This document shows, one piece after another, positions 37,439 to 46,742 of a stretch of 64,000 bases of DNA. A model generated the notes under the pieces. The model saw only the letters and a program-made list of their open reading frames with translations. It was not told the origin of the DNA and searched no databases. The translations under genes were made by a program, and so were the position numbers. How positions within the stretch are numbered: position 1 is the first letter of the stretch; each line of letters begins with the position of its first letter. The DNA is taken from the sequence record NC_061443.1; one strand, written 5' to 3'.

Positions 37439-39061
37439 ATGTCATTCGATCTTCGTCAAAACTTACTGCTTGTTCGTGACGCTACTCTGACAGGCAAGCC
37501 ACTGTTCTATTTCTACAACGCTATGGGCCGTGAGATGGTACTCACAGGTGATGTGCTGCGTGAAATCCTTGATCGTCAGAAAGACGGTACGCTCTGCACT
37601 AACACGTACTGGGGTTTTGCTACTGACCCTACGCTGGAAGTTTGGTCGTTCGATGATAACAATGACCTAATGCTTCACCACCACATCGGCAAGTCCTGCA
37701 AAACGTTTCTGCCTTACGAAATGATTGCAAGCGCCCATGACGGATTCAAGCCAATCAATGGCATGTTCATTGAAGACAGCCTGCGCCGTATCATCGCTAT
37801 TCACCTCAAGGCGACTTGTCGTGAAGAACAAAAGATTACGTGGTTCGCTGACATGCCTGAGCCTGAGATGCGTAGCATGTTACTTTCGTTTGGTCTGGGC
37901 CCGCTGCGTGTGTCGCGTGAAGACAAAGAAGGTCTGGTCAAGCTGCACGATCAGTGGCTGGAAGACTTTGACGACAAATACAAATACACGCACAACGCGA
38001 TTGGCCTTGATGACGACGAGAAGATACCTGCTGACTACCGCCCTGAACGTATTCGTGACATTATGAAGCGTATGATGCACAACACCAAGACGCAGGAGAT
38101 GATGGTTCAGACTCTGAATGACCTGTTGCGTCAGTGTCGTATCAGAGGCGATATCCCAATGCCTGGTGCCAACTTCAATCTCCAGCAGTTGATCTGCTAC
38201 TACGCAACGCATTTAATCTATGCGCCTGATGCAGACGAAAAGCTGCGCAGCCTGATCGATAATCCGCAGTTCGTTGTCAACTTCATCTACGGCTGGTACC
38301 CAGACTATTCGTGGATTGCGGTCAATGAAGAAACGTTCGACTATCAGCAATCGCTGGTACGCGCGGCGCTGATCTCGTTAAAGCGTCATGTAGAGAATGA
38401 AATCGGTACGTACAAGATTGTTCACGGCATGGTTAAGTTTGCGGACGGCTTCGACCCACACGCGAAAGACAAACCAGAAGAAGTCGAAGAGGAAGAGTTC
38501 GACGAGGACGAAGACGAAGACGAGACTGATGACCAAGAGAAAGAGGTCATCGACTACCTGCGTACCAAGACCGAAGACGAACTGCGTAAAGCAGCGCTCA
38601 GAAATAAAATGGCACGTCCGATTAAATTGAAGAACATGGACATGGAAGATTTGCTTGAGCTGTGTGCTGACTACTACGGCACTTCGATGCCAGAAGACTT
38701 CGATGAAGAAGAAAAGGAACAGGAGCGTGTTCCAGGGACTCGCAAGTTCCCTGCGCTGTCTAACGAGTCCAACATTAGTTATGAGACTATCCGCAGTATT
38801 CTGAGCCGTGCTCGTTTGTATAAGGCACGACCTGTACGCGTTAAGAACAAAGATCGTAATGCACGTAAAGAAGCAGAAGCTGTCGAGCGTAAGAACATTA
38901 CTAGCGTCCTTCGTGATGCTATCAATGATGGCTGGTTGGAATCTCTGCCTGCGAATACGTTAACGGCTCTTGCATACTCCCTGACTAGGATGAAAGACAA
39001 CGACCGTTATCCTCGTGACTGCGCATTCCTGAAAGAACTAATTAAACACGCGGTCAAGTGA
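37439..39061 (+). CDS. 540-aa protein with acidic tract and HEH-like module
   Basis: YLRTKTEDELRKAALRNKMARPIKLKNMDMEDLLELCADYY after a D/E run. Confidence 0.85.
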   Translation: MSFDLRQNLLLVRDATLTGKPLFYFYNAMGREMVLTGDVLREILDRQKDGTLCTNTYWGFATDPTLEVWSFDDNNDLMLHHHIGKSCKTFLPYEMIASAHDGFKPINGMFIEDSLRRIIAIHLKATCREEQKITWFADMPEPEMRSMLLSFGLGPLRVSREDKEGLVKLHDQWLEDFDDKYKYTHNAIGLDDDEKIPADYRPERIRDIMKRMMHNTKTQEMMVQTLNDLLRQCRIRGDIPMPGANFNLQQLICYYATHLIYAPDADEKLRSLIDNPQFVVNFIYGWYPDYSWIAVNEETFDYQQSLVRAALISLKRHVENEIGTYKIVHGMVKFADGFDPHAKDKPEEVEEEEFDEDEDEDETDDQEKEVIDYLRTKTEDELRKAALRNKMARPIKLKNMDMEDLLELCADYYGTSMPEDFDEEEKEQERVPGTRKFPALSNESNISYETIRSILSRARLYKARPVRVKNKDRNARKEAEAVERKNITSVLRDAINDGWLESLPANTLTALAYSLTRMKDNDRYPRDCAFLKELIKHAVK

Positions 39062-39096
39062 ATCGTAAACAATACCTAACATTGAAGGGAAACAAA

Positions 39097-39519
39097 ATGC
39101 AATTCGAACAAAACATTCTGGTAGTTAATCGTGTAGCTCTTATCATGGGTGATGACTTAGTGGCTAAGTGGGGCGAGGCAGCAAATGCCAATCGCGATCA
39201 AGCTGCATACGCAACAATCGTCATTCTGTCTCGCTTGCAGCAAAAGATTATCACCGCTCTTGCTGCTGAGAATCCAGAAGCCTGTTGTCGTCCTGATATG
39301 CTTTGGACGGACTACGGTTCAATCTCAACGTCCGGCCTGTTCGTTATTGCCTCATCGGCAGATCGTGAGGTGCTGAATCACTTCGAGGACCACGACTACC
39401 TGAATCATCTGCACACGATCAAACGTGTCGCCGAAGAGAACGGGTTCACGTTAACAGTTACTCCAGTGAAGCACTTATTCCCATTCACTAACACTGAAAT
39501 CCCAGCTAACATGAAATGA
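39097..39519 (+). CDS. hypothetical protein
   Basis: AAGGG RBS before ATG 39097. Confidence 0.7.
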   Translation: MQFEQNILVVNRVALIMGDDLVAKWGEAANANRDQAAYATIVILSRLQQKIITALAAENPEACCRPDMLWTDYGSISTSGLFVIASSADREVLNHFEDHDYLNHLHTIKRVAEENGFTLTVTPVKHLFPFTNTEIPANMK

Positions 39520-39527
39520 GGTGACAT

Positions 39528-39827
39528 ATGCCACGTGAACAAATCCTGATGAATGATGTTGCCATCGTCCTGACTATGAGTGAGCGCCGTGCGTTCCTTG
39601 GTCCGAAAGCAGACGGCTTTGTGTACCTCCCATCGAAGGAGGCCCTTACGAAGTTTGAGGCGCATATCAAGAAGTATGGCAGTTCTGATGACTATGCGTT
39701 TATCGAACACCGTGAACTGCACTCTCTGAACTCTGCGGGTATTGTAGCTATCGCTCATGCTGTCGAGTCTGACTCTGAGCGCCCATGGCTGTGGACGAAA
39801 GAAGACTTCCGCGTCAAGCTGTGGTAA
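39528..39827 (+). CDS. hypothetical protein
   Basis: GAGGT RBS. Confidence 0.7.
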   Translation: MPREQILMNDVAIVLTMSERRAFLGPKADGFVYLPSKEALTKFEAHIKKYGSSDDYAFIEHRELHSLNSAGIVAIAHAVESDSERPWLWTKEDFRVKLW

Positions 39828-39880
39828 GCATAAAACTGGCTAAAATCGCGGTATCAATCTGAGTCTGTCTGTGATACAAT
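39826..39880 (+). promoter_or_regulatory. Class-1 phage promoter
   Basis: GCATAAAACTGGCTAAAAT..TGaTACAAT, spacing 36. Confidence 0.75.
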
Positions 39881-39932
39881 AGAAGCGTAGCTTGTGCTGC
39901 GCTTTCTTACACTACGTCTGAGGAGACAACTG

Positions 39933-40394
39933 ATGGAAACAATCAAACCCACATTTTCTGATTTAGAGCTGCAAGATCAAATGATGGATGTGGCTGCCCA
40001 GAAGATTATCGAACTGAAACCTGAATGGGTGGACGTTTGTGTTGCTGCGTTGCGCCTGTATCTGATCGTGTGCGACGATATCGGTGGCCCTATCCCTGAA
40101 CTGCGTTTCGTTCATAACGCGAAGCCTTGCCGCCTACAGTTCAACTTGCTGGAATCGTCTGGCGGTACCGAGTTCGTTGCGAATGAGATCGATAAAGACA
40201 AGCAGATGGAAATTGTTGAAGCGCTGTTGTCTACAGCCGAGGCGAGTCCGACAGGTCACTCTATGTTAGACTTCGCAATCTGTTCTGGCCGCCTGTTTAT
40301 GATTGGCTATGACGGTCTTGCTGGTACGCTCGATAAGATCTGCTTCCGTGCTGACAAGAAAAACTACACCATGAATCTGGTCGAAGGGGAATAA
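39933..40394 (+). CDS. hypothetical protein
   Basis: GTCT-GAGG-AGAC hairpin RBS before ATG 39933. Confidence 0.75.
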   Translation: METIKPTFSDLELQDQMMDVAAQKIIELKPEWVDVCVAALRLYLIVCDDIGGPIPELRFVHNAKPCRLQFNLLESSGGTEFVANEIDKDKQMEIVEALLSTAEASPTGHSMLDFAICSGRLFMIGYDGLAGTLDKICFRADKKNYTMNLVEGE

Positions 40395-40395
40395 T

Positions 40396-41076
40396 ATGAA
40401 ACCTGATTACACTCTGCTTAAACGCAGTAAGACGAACGAAGATGTTTTCGCTTTCGTGTTTGATGGCGACGTGTTGGCTAAATTCAATGCCTCCAACTTA
40501 TACAGAGCGTTTGTGGAGACGCTCAAGACAAACTGCATCAATGAGGTCGATATCCTGTGGCGTGACGGCACACGCACTGTTGAGCAACTGGTGATTCATC
40601 ATACCAAAGAGTTCGCCTCGTTCGACACTATCGTCCACGACTACCTCGTATGCTTGATGCTTCGCGCACAGGGTGTTGGTCATTCGCTCGCTGTCCCTGT
40701 CGATATTCGCTCTATGTATGATGCCGACGGCCCGATGATCAATGAGATTCGCATTGATAGTGAAATCGTCGCTGACATGATGCGCCATATCAAAGACGCG
40801 CCTGTGGACGTCATAGACGATGAAGACGATGAAGACGACGACATGGACGAAGACGACGAGTGCTGGGATGAAGACCAGACCGAGTTCCACGATATCGAAA
40901 CAGAATCTATCGCCGACAACAAATTGCAGATTGGCGATTGGGGATATCGCGCACATGACTGGGCGATCACTCTGACCGACGAACAGGTAGACCGCATCCA
41001 CTTCCTCGAAGTTGGAATTGACCCTGACATTGAACTGCCTCTTGCAGATGATGCTAAGAAGGACGCATTCTTCTAA
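40396..41076 (+). CDS. acidic hypothetical protein
   Basis: 226 aa with D/E tract. Confidence 0.8.
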   Translation: MKPDYTLLKRSKTNEDVFAFVFDGDVLAKFNASNLYRAFVETLKTNCINEVDILWRDGTRTVEQLVIHHTKEFASFDTIVHDYLVCLMLRAQGVGHSLAVPVDIRSMYDADGPMINEIRIDSEIVADMMRHIKDAPVDVIDDEDDEDDDMDEDDECWDEDQTEFHDIETESIADNKLQIGDWGYRAHDWAITLTDEQVDRIHFLEVGIDPDIELPLADDAKKDAFF

Positions 41077-41267
41077 TGAAAACGATTAACGAACAGGTCA
41101 AAGAATTGAAACAGCGCGGCGTGCTTATTATCGAAGAACACCAGAAACACACGCTGCCTGATTTAACCTTCACGCTAGATTGCATGTGCCTGTCACACAC
41201 GAAGCGAGAAGTAGAGACAACCACGCGCGGCCGCGTTGTTAAGATTCGACTGACTAACGTTCACTAA
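41076..41267 (+). CDS. small hypothetical protein
   Basis: TAATG coupling. Confidence 0.55.
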   Translation: MKTINEQVKELKQRGVLIIEEHQKHTLPDLTFTLDCMCLSHTKREVETTTRGRVVKIRLTNVH

Positions 41268-41280
41268 CTTTTGTGGTCTT

Positions 41281-41355
41281 GGCCCGCCCGTCCAGCAATG
41301 CTCACCCCCAATGAGGTGTCTCGCGCAGAGGCATGACGGTCACCGGGTCCTTTTT
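41281..41355 (+). ncRNA. candidate structured cis-RNA / complex terminator
   Basis: Nested stems GGCCCG/CGGGTC, CCGTC/GACGG, ATGC/GCAT, CACC/GGTG followed by TTTTT. Confidence 0.4.
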
Positions 41356-41411
41356 AGAGCGCACTTCCTAGTACGCTGTATAAAGTAAAACACAATCAAC
41401 AGGAGGCTGTT

Positions 41412-41810
41412 ATGAAGTTCAACGATGTGTCCACTAAAGCTCAGGTGGTTCTTATGGCGAGTGCATTCGGTGGTGCGGTGGAAGTTCTGTCCCGTTCAAT
41501 GGACGATGAAGGTCGCAAGTTTCTGGAAGTTGCGTTGCAGCGTGTCGGTCTAACCGTTGGTGAGTTCCAAACTCTTATCAATGACCTCGACGATCCTACC
41601 AGTCGAGAGATCGTTGCTGTTATGGAAACAGCGCAGGCAGAAGATTCTGAGCGTGATGCAGAAGCGCAACGCCAACGTCTGGCTGATGAAGAGGACGATG
41701 AAGACGAAGAAGCTGCCGACGACTCTGATACAGACGCAGACGGTTGGCAGGACCTGCATGAAGATCGCATATGTCTCATATGTAACCGTGAATACTGCGT
41801 CTGTCACTAA
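41412..41810 (+). CDS. acidic protein with C-terminal Cys/His cluster
   Basis: Hairpin RBS; ends ICLICNREYCVCH. Confidence 0.8.
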   Translation: MKFNDVSTKAQVVLMASAFGGAVEVLSRSMDDEGRKFLEVALQRVGLTVGEFQTLINDLDDPTSREIVAVMETAQAEDSERDAEAQRQRLADEEDDEDEEAADDSDTDADGWQDLHEDRICLICNREYCVCH

Positions 41811-41868
41811 TCTGCATAAATCTGGACAAAACGACGGTTGTCTCAAATAGCTGCCTGAACTATACTAT
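41809..41868 (+). promoter_or_regulatory. Class-1 phage promoter
   Basis: AATCTGCATAAATCTGGACAAAA, -35 TTGTCT, 17 nt, -10 TATACT. Confidence 0.8.
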
Positions 41869-41872
41869 ATAG

Positions 41873-42028
41873 ACAGCGAGACAACGTTCTCTCTGAATGC
41901 CTTTGTAATTGCTTTGACCATGTGTTTTCTTTTTCCCGGCACATGGTCCTTTTTAAAGACGGCTTCCAGCGAGGCTGCTTTAAAAAGGGTTCGATACCCT
42001 TTGAGCGCGTCGGGCTTTACGCGGTTTT
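41873..42028 (+). ncRNA. candidate multi-hairpin sRNA or leader with a T-loop
   Basis: Follows promoter; stems 41916-41948, 41951-41985, 41984-42002 (loop TTCGATA), 42006-42023 plus T tract; no ORF. Confidence 0.5.
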
Positions 42029-42069
42029 CGCCTTACGTGCTCTCATGCTAAACCGCAAAGGAAATTGAA

Positions 42070-42783
42070 ATGCCTACTACTTCACGTCCTAAGACAGAAG
42101 ACAAGTTCTCCCGTGCTCGCGCTGCTAAGAACTCACCTGAACGTCAGGCAGCGGCTGCTAAGAAAACTCCACGAGGTCCTTCCTCGGTTCGTCCTAAATC
42201 AACGGCAGATCGTGAGCCTAAGATTCGTGACGAGGAGCGTGTGTACAATCTCGTACATGCAATTCTGAGCGCGTGGAAAGCTGATGTGGGACATGCCGAA
42301 AACACGGCAGCATCTGCTGGTATCATCAAAGTGTCTCGTCGTAAAATTGAAGGTGCATTGCGTGACCTCAAGAATACACGCTTCACTAAAATCCCGACGC
42401 TCATTAATGATATCCTGACAGGCTCTGATATCTGCGACGAGTTCGGCATGTGGGTGTACGTCGAGCACGATAGTCCTGATTGGATTTTCGTCCGTCTGCC
42501 TGATAACAGCACACCTGTGATTCGTGCCGATATCAGTTACGAAAAGACTGGCGAAAGGTCCGCGTCTGTCACAACGTCCAGTGAAGCACTCATGGAAACG
42601 TTCGACGACAATGAAGACGAAATCGAGATCGAAATCTTCGACTGCACTGAAAGCGATATTGAAGACCTCGAAGCTGCTGAGATGCGCAAGCGTCTGATCG
42701 ATGCGAAAATCATCAATCCAGAAGCTGCCCCGAAGCTGTCACGCAATGACTTAATGAAGCTCTGCGCGTACTACAGCGCATAA
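42070..42783 (+). CDS. protein with basic N-tail, acidic linker and C-terminal HEH-like module
   Basis: Ends DIEDLEAAEMRKRLIDAKIINPEAAPKLSRNDLMKLCAYYSA. Confidence 0.85.
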   Translation: MPTTSRPKTEDKFSRARAAKNSPERQAAAAKKTPRGPSSVRPKSTADREPKIRDEERVYNLVHAILSAWKADVGHAENTAASAGIIKVSRRKIEGALRDLKNTRFTKIPTLINDILTGSDICDEFGMWVYVEHDSPDWIFVRLPDNSTPVIRADISYEKTGERSASVTTSSEALMETFDDNEDEIEIEIFDCTESDIEDLEAAEMRKRLIDAKIINPEAAPKLSRNDLMKLCAYYSA

Positions 42784-42824
42784 GCAATAACGAGCAGGCA
42801 GCACGTACACTGCCTGCTATCTGC

Positions 42825-42885
42825 GAAGTATGCAGAAAACTGGACAAAATCGTGGTTGTTATCTGACGACCACCTATGCTATACT
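42825..42885 (+). promoter_or_regulatory. Class-1 phage promoter
   Basis: TGCAGAAAACTGGACAAAAT..TTGTTA..TGcTATACT, spacing 37. Confidence 0.8.
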
Positions 42886-42945
42886 TAATGCAGGTGCACA
42901 ACGCACCGCAAACAAAACTACCACTTATACTGAGGAGTATTAAAC

Positions 42946-44565
42946 ATGGCTCGTATCGAAACTAACACTAATCTGGTTGGCAAAACTATCGTCCTGCTGA
43001 ACGGCACCAAAGCTAAAATCGAAGATGCAATCGCGTCTGGTTACAAAGTGAAAGGCCAGACCAAACGTATCGCCACTCGCTGCGTTATCAAAGAAGGCGC
43101 TCACTTCAAAGAAATCGAGCGCATGAACATGAGCCTGCTGGAAGATACTGGCGAAGGTTATGTGAAGCTGAAAGACGCGAAAGCGGCGAAAGCGTCAACC
43201 AAGAAACCAGCGGCGAAAGAGAAAGCGCCGAAAGCAGATAAGAAAGCTGCGAAGCCTGCGAAAGAGAAAGAACCTAAGGTTCGTCGTAAGTCTTCAAAAG
43301 AGAAAGGCGACGAGTATCAAGATCTGGCACACGCTATCATCAAAGGCGGCAAACGTGCGGCGCCTGTTGAAATCGCTGAAATCGACGCTGACCTGACCGA
43401 CTGTGTTGCTCAACGTCTGGTAGACGTGTTGAACAATAGCGAAGTTGCGAAGCTGTGCGCCGATAACAAGACGCCGATCGCAAACGCAGTCGAAGTAACG
43501 TACGGCGCTGAGTTCGCTCCTGAGACGAACGTCATGCAGATCACGTTGAGCCTGCAATATGCGAAGCCTGTTCAAGCGCTGTCTCGTCCGACTCTGGAAA
43601 ACGCAGAAGCTATCGCGTTACGTGCTCAAAAAATGGCGGCGCCTAAGCTGTCTATGAAACTCAAGAAAGCGATTCGTGAAGCGTTCAGCCTTGAAGACGC
43701 TAACGACCTTGAGCTGGGCACTGTGTTGTTGTCTGACGGCGAAGAATTTGTGTACTTCGGCGAATCTGCGAAGCATGTCGGCAAAGCGCTGCTGTATGTC
43801 GTAGAGACCGACAAGTTCAAATCTGTGCTGGGTTCTACTCTGGGTGAGTATGAAATCCCAGACGAAGAAGACGGCGAAGAGGAAGAAGAAGAAGTCGAAG
43901 ACGAGTCCGAGGAAGAGGAAGAAGAGGATGAAGTCGAAGACGGCGAAGAAGAAGACGGCGAAGAAGAAGACGACGCCGAATATGAATACGTCGCAGTTAA
44001 CAAAGACCAGCTCGATATGGTCAACAAGAAAGTGACTGCCAAGTATCACGCTGCGCTGGCTGAACGATTCAATACGACCGAAGAAGTTCTGATTCCTGGC
44101 CTGATGCTGACTGATGGCGAAACTACTTTCGCTTATCTGGGCTGTGATAGTAAAGGCGGGCTGCTGGTAATCGACTGTGGTGATGAAGGCGAAGGTGAAG
44201 ACGTGCTGATGTATAGCAAGTCTGATATCAAACAGCTGGACGACTTCAATCCTGTGATGGGCGAAGCTGACGAAGACGGCGAAGAATCTGATGCCGAAGA
44301 AGACGACGGCGAAGACGGCGACGATGAAGAAGATCTGGATGATGAAGAAGACGGCGACGATGAAGAAGATCTGGATGATGAAGAAGGCGACGACGAAGAC
44401 GAAGACGACAACGACTTTGACTTCGACGATGTGCCAGAAGCTGATATCGAAGATCTGACCGAAGACGAACTGCGTGACCGCGTAGTTGAAGCCGGCCTGA
44501 CTACTCCGCGTAAAGCTGATAACATGGACGAAGCTAAACTGCGCAAGCTGCTGAAAAGCGCATAA
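42946..44565 (+). CDS. 539-aa polyampholyte: beta domain, K/A-rich tract, two acidic tracts, C-terminal HEH-like module
   Basis: Composition read from translation; ends DIEDLTEDELRDRVVEAGLTTPRKADNMDEAKLRKLL. Confidence 0.9.
   Translation: MARIETNTNLVGKTIVLLNGTKAKIEDAIASGYKVKGQTKRIATRCVIKEGAHFKEIERMNMSLLEDTGEGYVKLKDAKAAKASTKKPAAKEKAPKADKKAAKPAKEKEPKVRRKSSKEKGDEYQDLAHAIIKGGKRAAPVEIAEIDADLTDCVAQRLVDVLNNSEVAKLCADNKTPIANAVEVTYGAEFAPETNVMQITLSLQYAKPVQALSRPTLENAEAIALRAQKMAAPKLSMKLKKAIREAFSLEDANDLELGTVLLSDGEEFVYFGESAKHVGKALLYVVETDKFKSVLGSTLGEYEIPDEEDGEEEEEEVEDESEEEEEEDEVEDGEEEDGEEEDDAEYEYVAVNKDQLDMVNKKVTAKYHAALAERFNTTEEVLIPGLMLTDGETTFAYLGCDSKGGLLVIDCGDEGEGEDVLMYSKSDIKQLDDFNPVMGEADEDGEESDAEEDDGEDGDDEEDLDDEEDGDDEEDLDDEEGDDEDEDDNDFDFDDVPEADIEDLTEDELRDRVVEAGLTTPRKADNMDEAKLRKLLKSA
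44311..44382 (+). repeat. Perfect 36-bp tandem duplication (EDGDDEEDLDDE x2)
   Basis: GAAGACGGCGACGATGAAGAAGATCTGGATGATGAA at 44311 and 44347. Confidence 0.95.
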
Positions 44566-44647
44566 CGATCTAACGTAACATCGAAACACTGTGCGGCTCT
44601 CACGGGGCCGCATACTTGACAAATAAAGCTGATTGAGGAATCACACT

Positions 44648-45904
44648 ATGTCAAACGCAAACAAAATTCTGCTTAACGCTCGTGTACGCCGTTTAGACGG
44701 AACCAGCACCTACATCAACAAAGTGAACGCTAACGGCTATAGCACCGATGCGAAAGGCCCGCAGATTCCTGTGAAGCGTATCGTGTTTGCAGGCAAGACG
44801 CTGAAAGAGATTGAAGCGCCGTTCGAGAAAGGCGAGTATGTCATTGTGCAGGGCGTTGCAGTGAAGCTGAACAAGCGCCAGCAACGTGAACTGGCGGATA
44901 ACACTCTCGACGAAAAAGCGCTGCGTCCTGACTTCGGACGTCTGGCATTCATCGACCGCGATGACGGCAAAGCAACTGACGGCAAGAAAGTGAAGCCGAA
45001 AGCTGAGAAGAAAGAAGGCGGGTTGAAAGCAACTCGCAAGCAGAACGGTGACAAGCGCACCAAGAAAGAGCGCAAGGCAGAGAAGGCGAATCTGAAAGAC
45101 GACCTCGACTTCATCGCGTCTGACAAGATCGACCGTAAAGCTGAACTGGCTCACATCATCGACGCTACCATCGAAGACTGCAACACTAAAGAGCGCCGCA
45201 AGCTGCTGTCTGACTCGTTTGACATGGACTGGAAAGACATTAAGAAGCACGGCGGTAAGGGTGTCGTCAAACACATGGGACGCAAAGCCGCTCAAGCTGC
45301 TGTGAACAAAATGAGCGCGACTGTTACTCAAGACGCATTCATCAAACAGATGCCTGCTGAGTTGAAGCGACTGATTGCTGACCGTCGCCTCGTACTGAAC
45401 AAGCGCCAGATAGAAGCTGTGCTCTCTGCGCTTGGGCTTGACGTGAAGTTCTATAACATCGCAATGCAGACGCTGCTGGGTAATCTGTCGCTCGCTGTGG
45501 ATGACACGCTGGTCAAGCCTAAGGCTGAGAAGCCTGCAAAGCTGAAAAAGCACAAGCAAGCGAAGCCGCAGTATCTGACTGAGAAAGACCAGCAACGTCG
45601 CATGAAGAAAATGAAAGTGAAGCTGTTGGCGCCTACTGAGAAAGGCATGAAGAAAGCCAAAGCGCATTTGAAACAGGCGAAAGTAATTCTCGCAAATAAG
45701 CTGGGCATCACGTCGAAAGAAATCAAACGTGGTCTGATTGCGTATCGCCCGAACGGCGTGGACTATATGTTCGTTGCCAGCGATGCGCGCGGCCCGATCT
45801 TCATCGACAAGCACGGCGACCCATGCGTGTACACTTACGAGAATCTCGAAGCAACTTTCGACTTCACTTTGAACAAACCTTCTGAACTGGATGCTACTGT
45901 ATGA
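44648..45904 (+). CDS. Lys-rich basic protein, paralogue of 42946 at both ends
   Basis: N-terminal LNARVRRLDGT..ANGY..G..KEIE aligns with LVGKTIVLLNGT..ASGY..G..KEIE of 42946. Confidence 0.85.
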   Translation: MSNANKILLNARVRRLDGTSTYINKVNANGYSTDAKGPQIPVKRIVFAGKTLKEIEAPFEKGEYVIVQGVAVKLNKRQQRELADNTLDEKALRPDFGRLAFIDRDDGKATDGKKVKPKAEKKEGGLKATRKQNGDKRTKKERKAEKANLKDDLDFIASDKIDRKAELAHIIDATIEDCNTKERRKLLSDSFDMDWKDIKKHGGKGVVKHMGRKAAQAAVNKMSATVTQDAFIKQMPAELKRLIADRRLVLNKRQIEAVLSALGLDVKFYNIAMQTLLGNLSLAVDDTLVKPKAEKPAKLKKHKQAKPQYLTEKDQQRRMKKMKVKLLAPTEKGMKKAKAHLKQAKVILANKLGITSKEIKRGLIAYRPNGVDYMFVASDARGPIFIDKHGDPCVYTYENLEATFDFTLNKPSELDATV

Positions 45905-46284
45905 TTAATAGTGAGGTCATTCTGACTGGTGTTTTCGCTCAACTGTATTCGCGGCTAGTAATGGCCGCTATACAGCGCGTCCATGTATACTACTCTGATC
46001 TCGCACCTGTCATCTTCGGCGTACAGTTTACGCGCATGGGAAAAGCGCAGTATAAAGCACTGGAAGCGCTCGTTGTGGAAACGATGCGCGTTGATATTAA
46101 AAACGGCCGTCCGCCTATAGCGGCCATCTATGTGTCACGAGCAAACGACACTAAGAAGCCGACCCAGTCCTTCTTTGATGAATACGAAAGACTGACTGGG
46201 AAGCGACTCACTGACGATGAATGGTTGGTGCTCGTTGAACAAGTGTGGAAACAATATGCACCAGACCTTCGGGAGCCATCATGA
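45901..46284 (+). CDS. hypothetical protein, possibly winged-helix DNA-binding
   Basis: GRPPIAAIYVSRANDTKKPTQSFF recalls a G.P.ls.lvV....P..GFf pattern; weak. Confidence 0.6.
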   Translation: MINSEVILTGVFAQLYSRLVMAAIQRVHVYYSDLAPVIFGVQFTRMGKAQYKALEALVVETMRVDIKNGRPPIAAIYVSRANDTKKPTQSFFDEYERLTGKRLTDDEWLVLVEQVWKQYAPDLREPS

Positions 46285-46742
46285 AAAAGTCAAAAGTTGT
46301 AATTAGCCGTGGTGGGTATCGACCCGTATCGGCAGAAGAAGCAAAGAAGTTGGTTGTTGAAATGCTGCTTGCCTCCATCGGCGTTGACCCGACAATTCTG
46401 AGCCAGCAGATGTTGTTGAACATTGCGAACTACAATTACCTGACGTCTATTGTAGACACGGGCAAAGCGAATACTGCGAACCAGACAGTTCTGCATAAAA
46501 CTGTAAAAGAACTTAATGCGTTCTGTAGATTGCACAAGATTCCTCTGGGCTTACTAATTATGCCCCATACATCGGCAAGTGATTACTCCGGTGACGAGGT
46601 TGTAGCGATTCCCTGGGAGTCTGTGCGCAAGAACGCATCGAGCCAGTCCGCTGTCAACTCCCTGTTCCAAACAGTCGAAGCTGATGGCTATCCGCAGTTT
46701 GTGACTGATGCGAAAACAGTAGAGGACTACAATGTTTTATGA
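46281..46742 (+). CDS. hypothetical protein
   Basis: ATGA overlap, GGGAG RBS. Confidence 0.75.
   Translation: MKKSKVVISRGGYRPVSAEEAKKLVVEMLLASIGVDPTILSQQMLLNIANYNYLTSIVDTGKANTANQTVLHKTVKELNAFCRLHKIPLGLLIMPHTSASDYSGDEVVAIPWESVRKNASSQSAVNSLFQTVEADGYPQFVTDAKTVEDYNVL

Noticed and set aside
41984-42002. tRNA gene suggested by the GGTTCGA T-arm
   Set aside because: No acceptor stem, D-arm or anticodon arm at the required spacing, no CCA; kept only as a T-loop hairpin
43618-45814. Long minus-strand ORFs (43618-44622, 44693-45814)
   Set aside because: Antisense shadows of low-complexity + strand genes; F/V/I-rich translation mirrors GAA/GAC/AAG codons; no RBS or promoter
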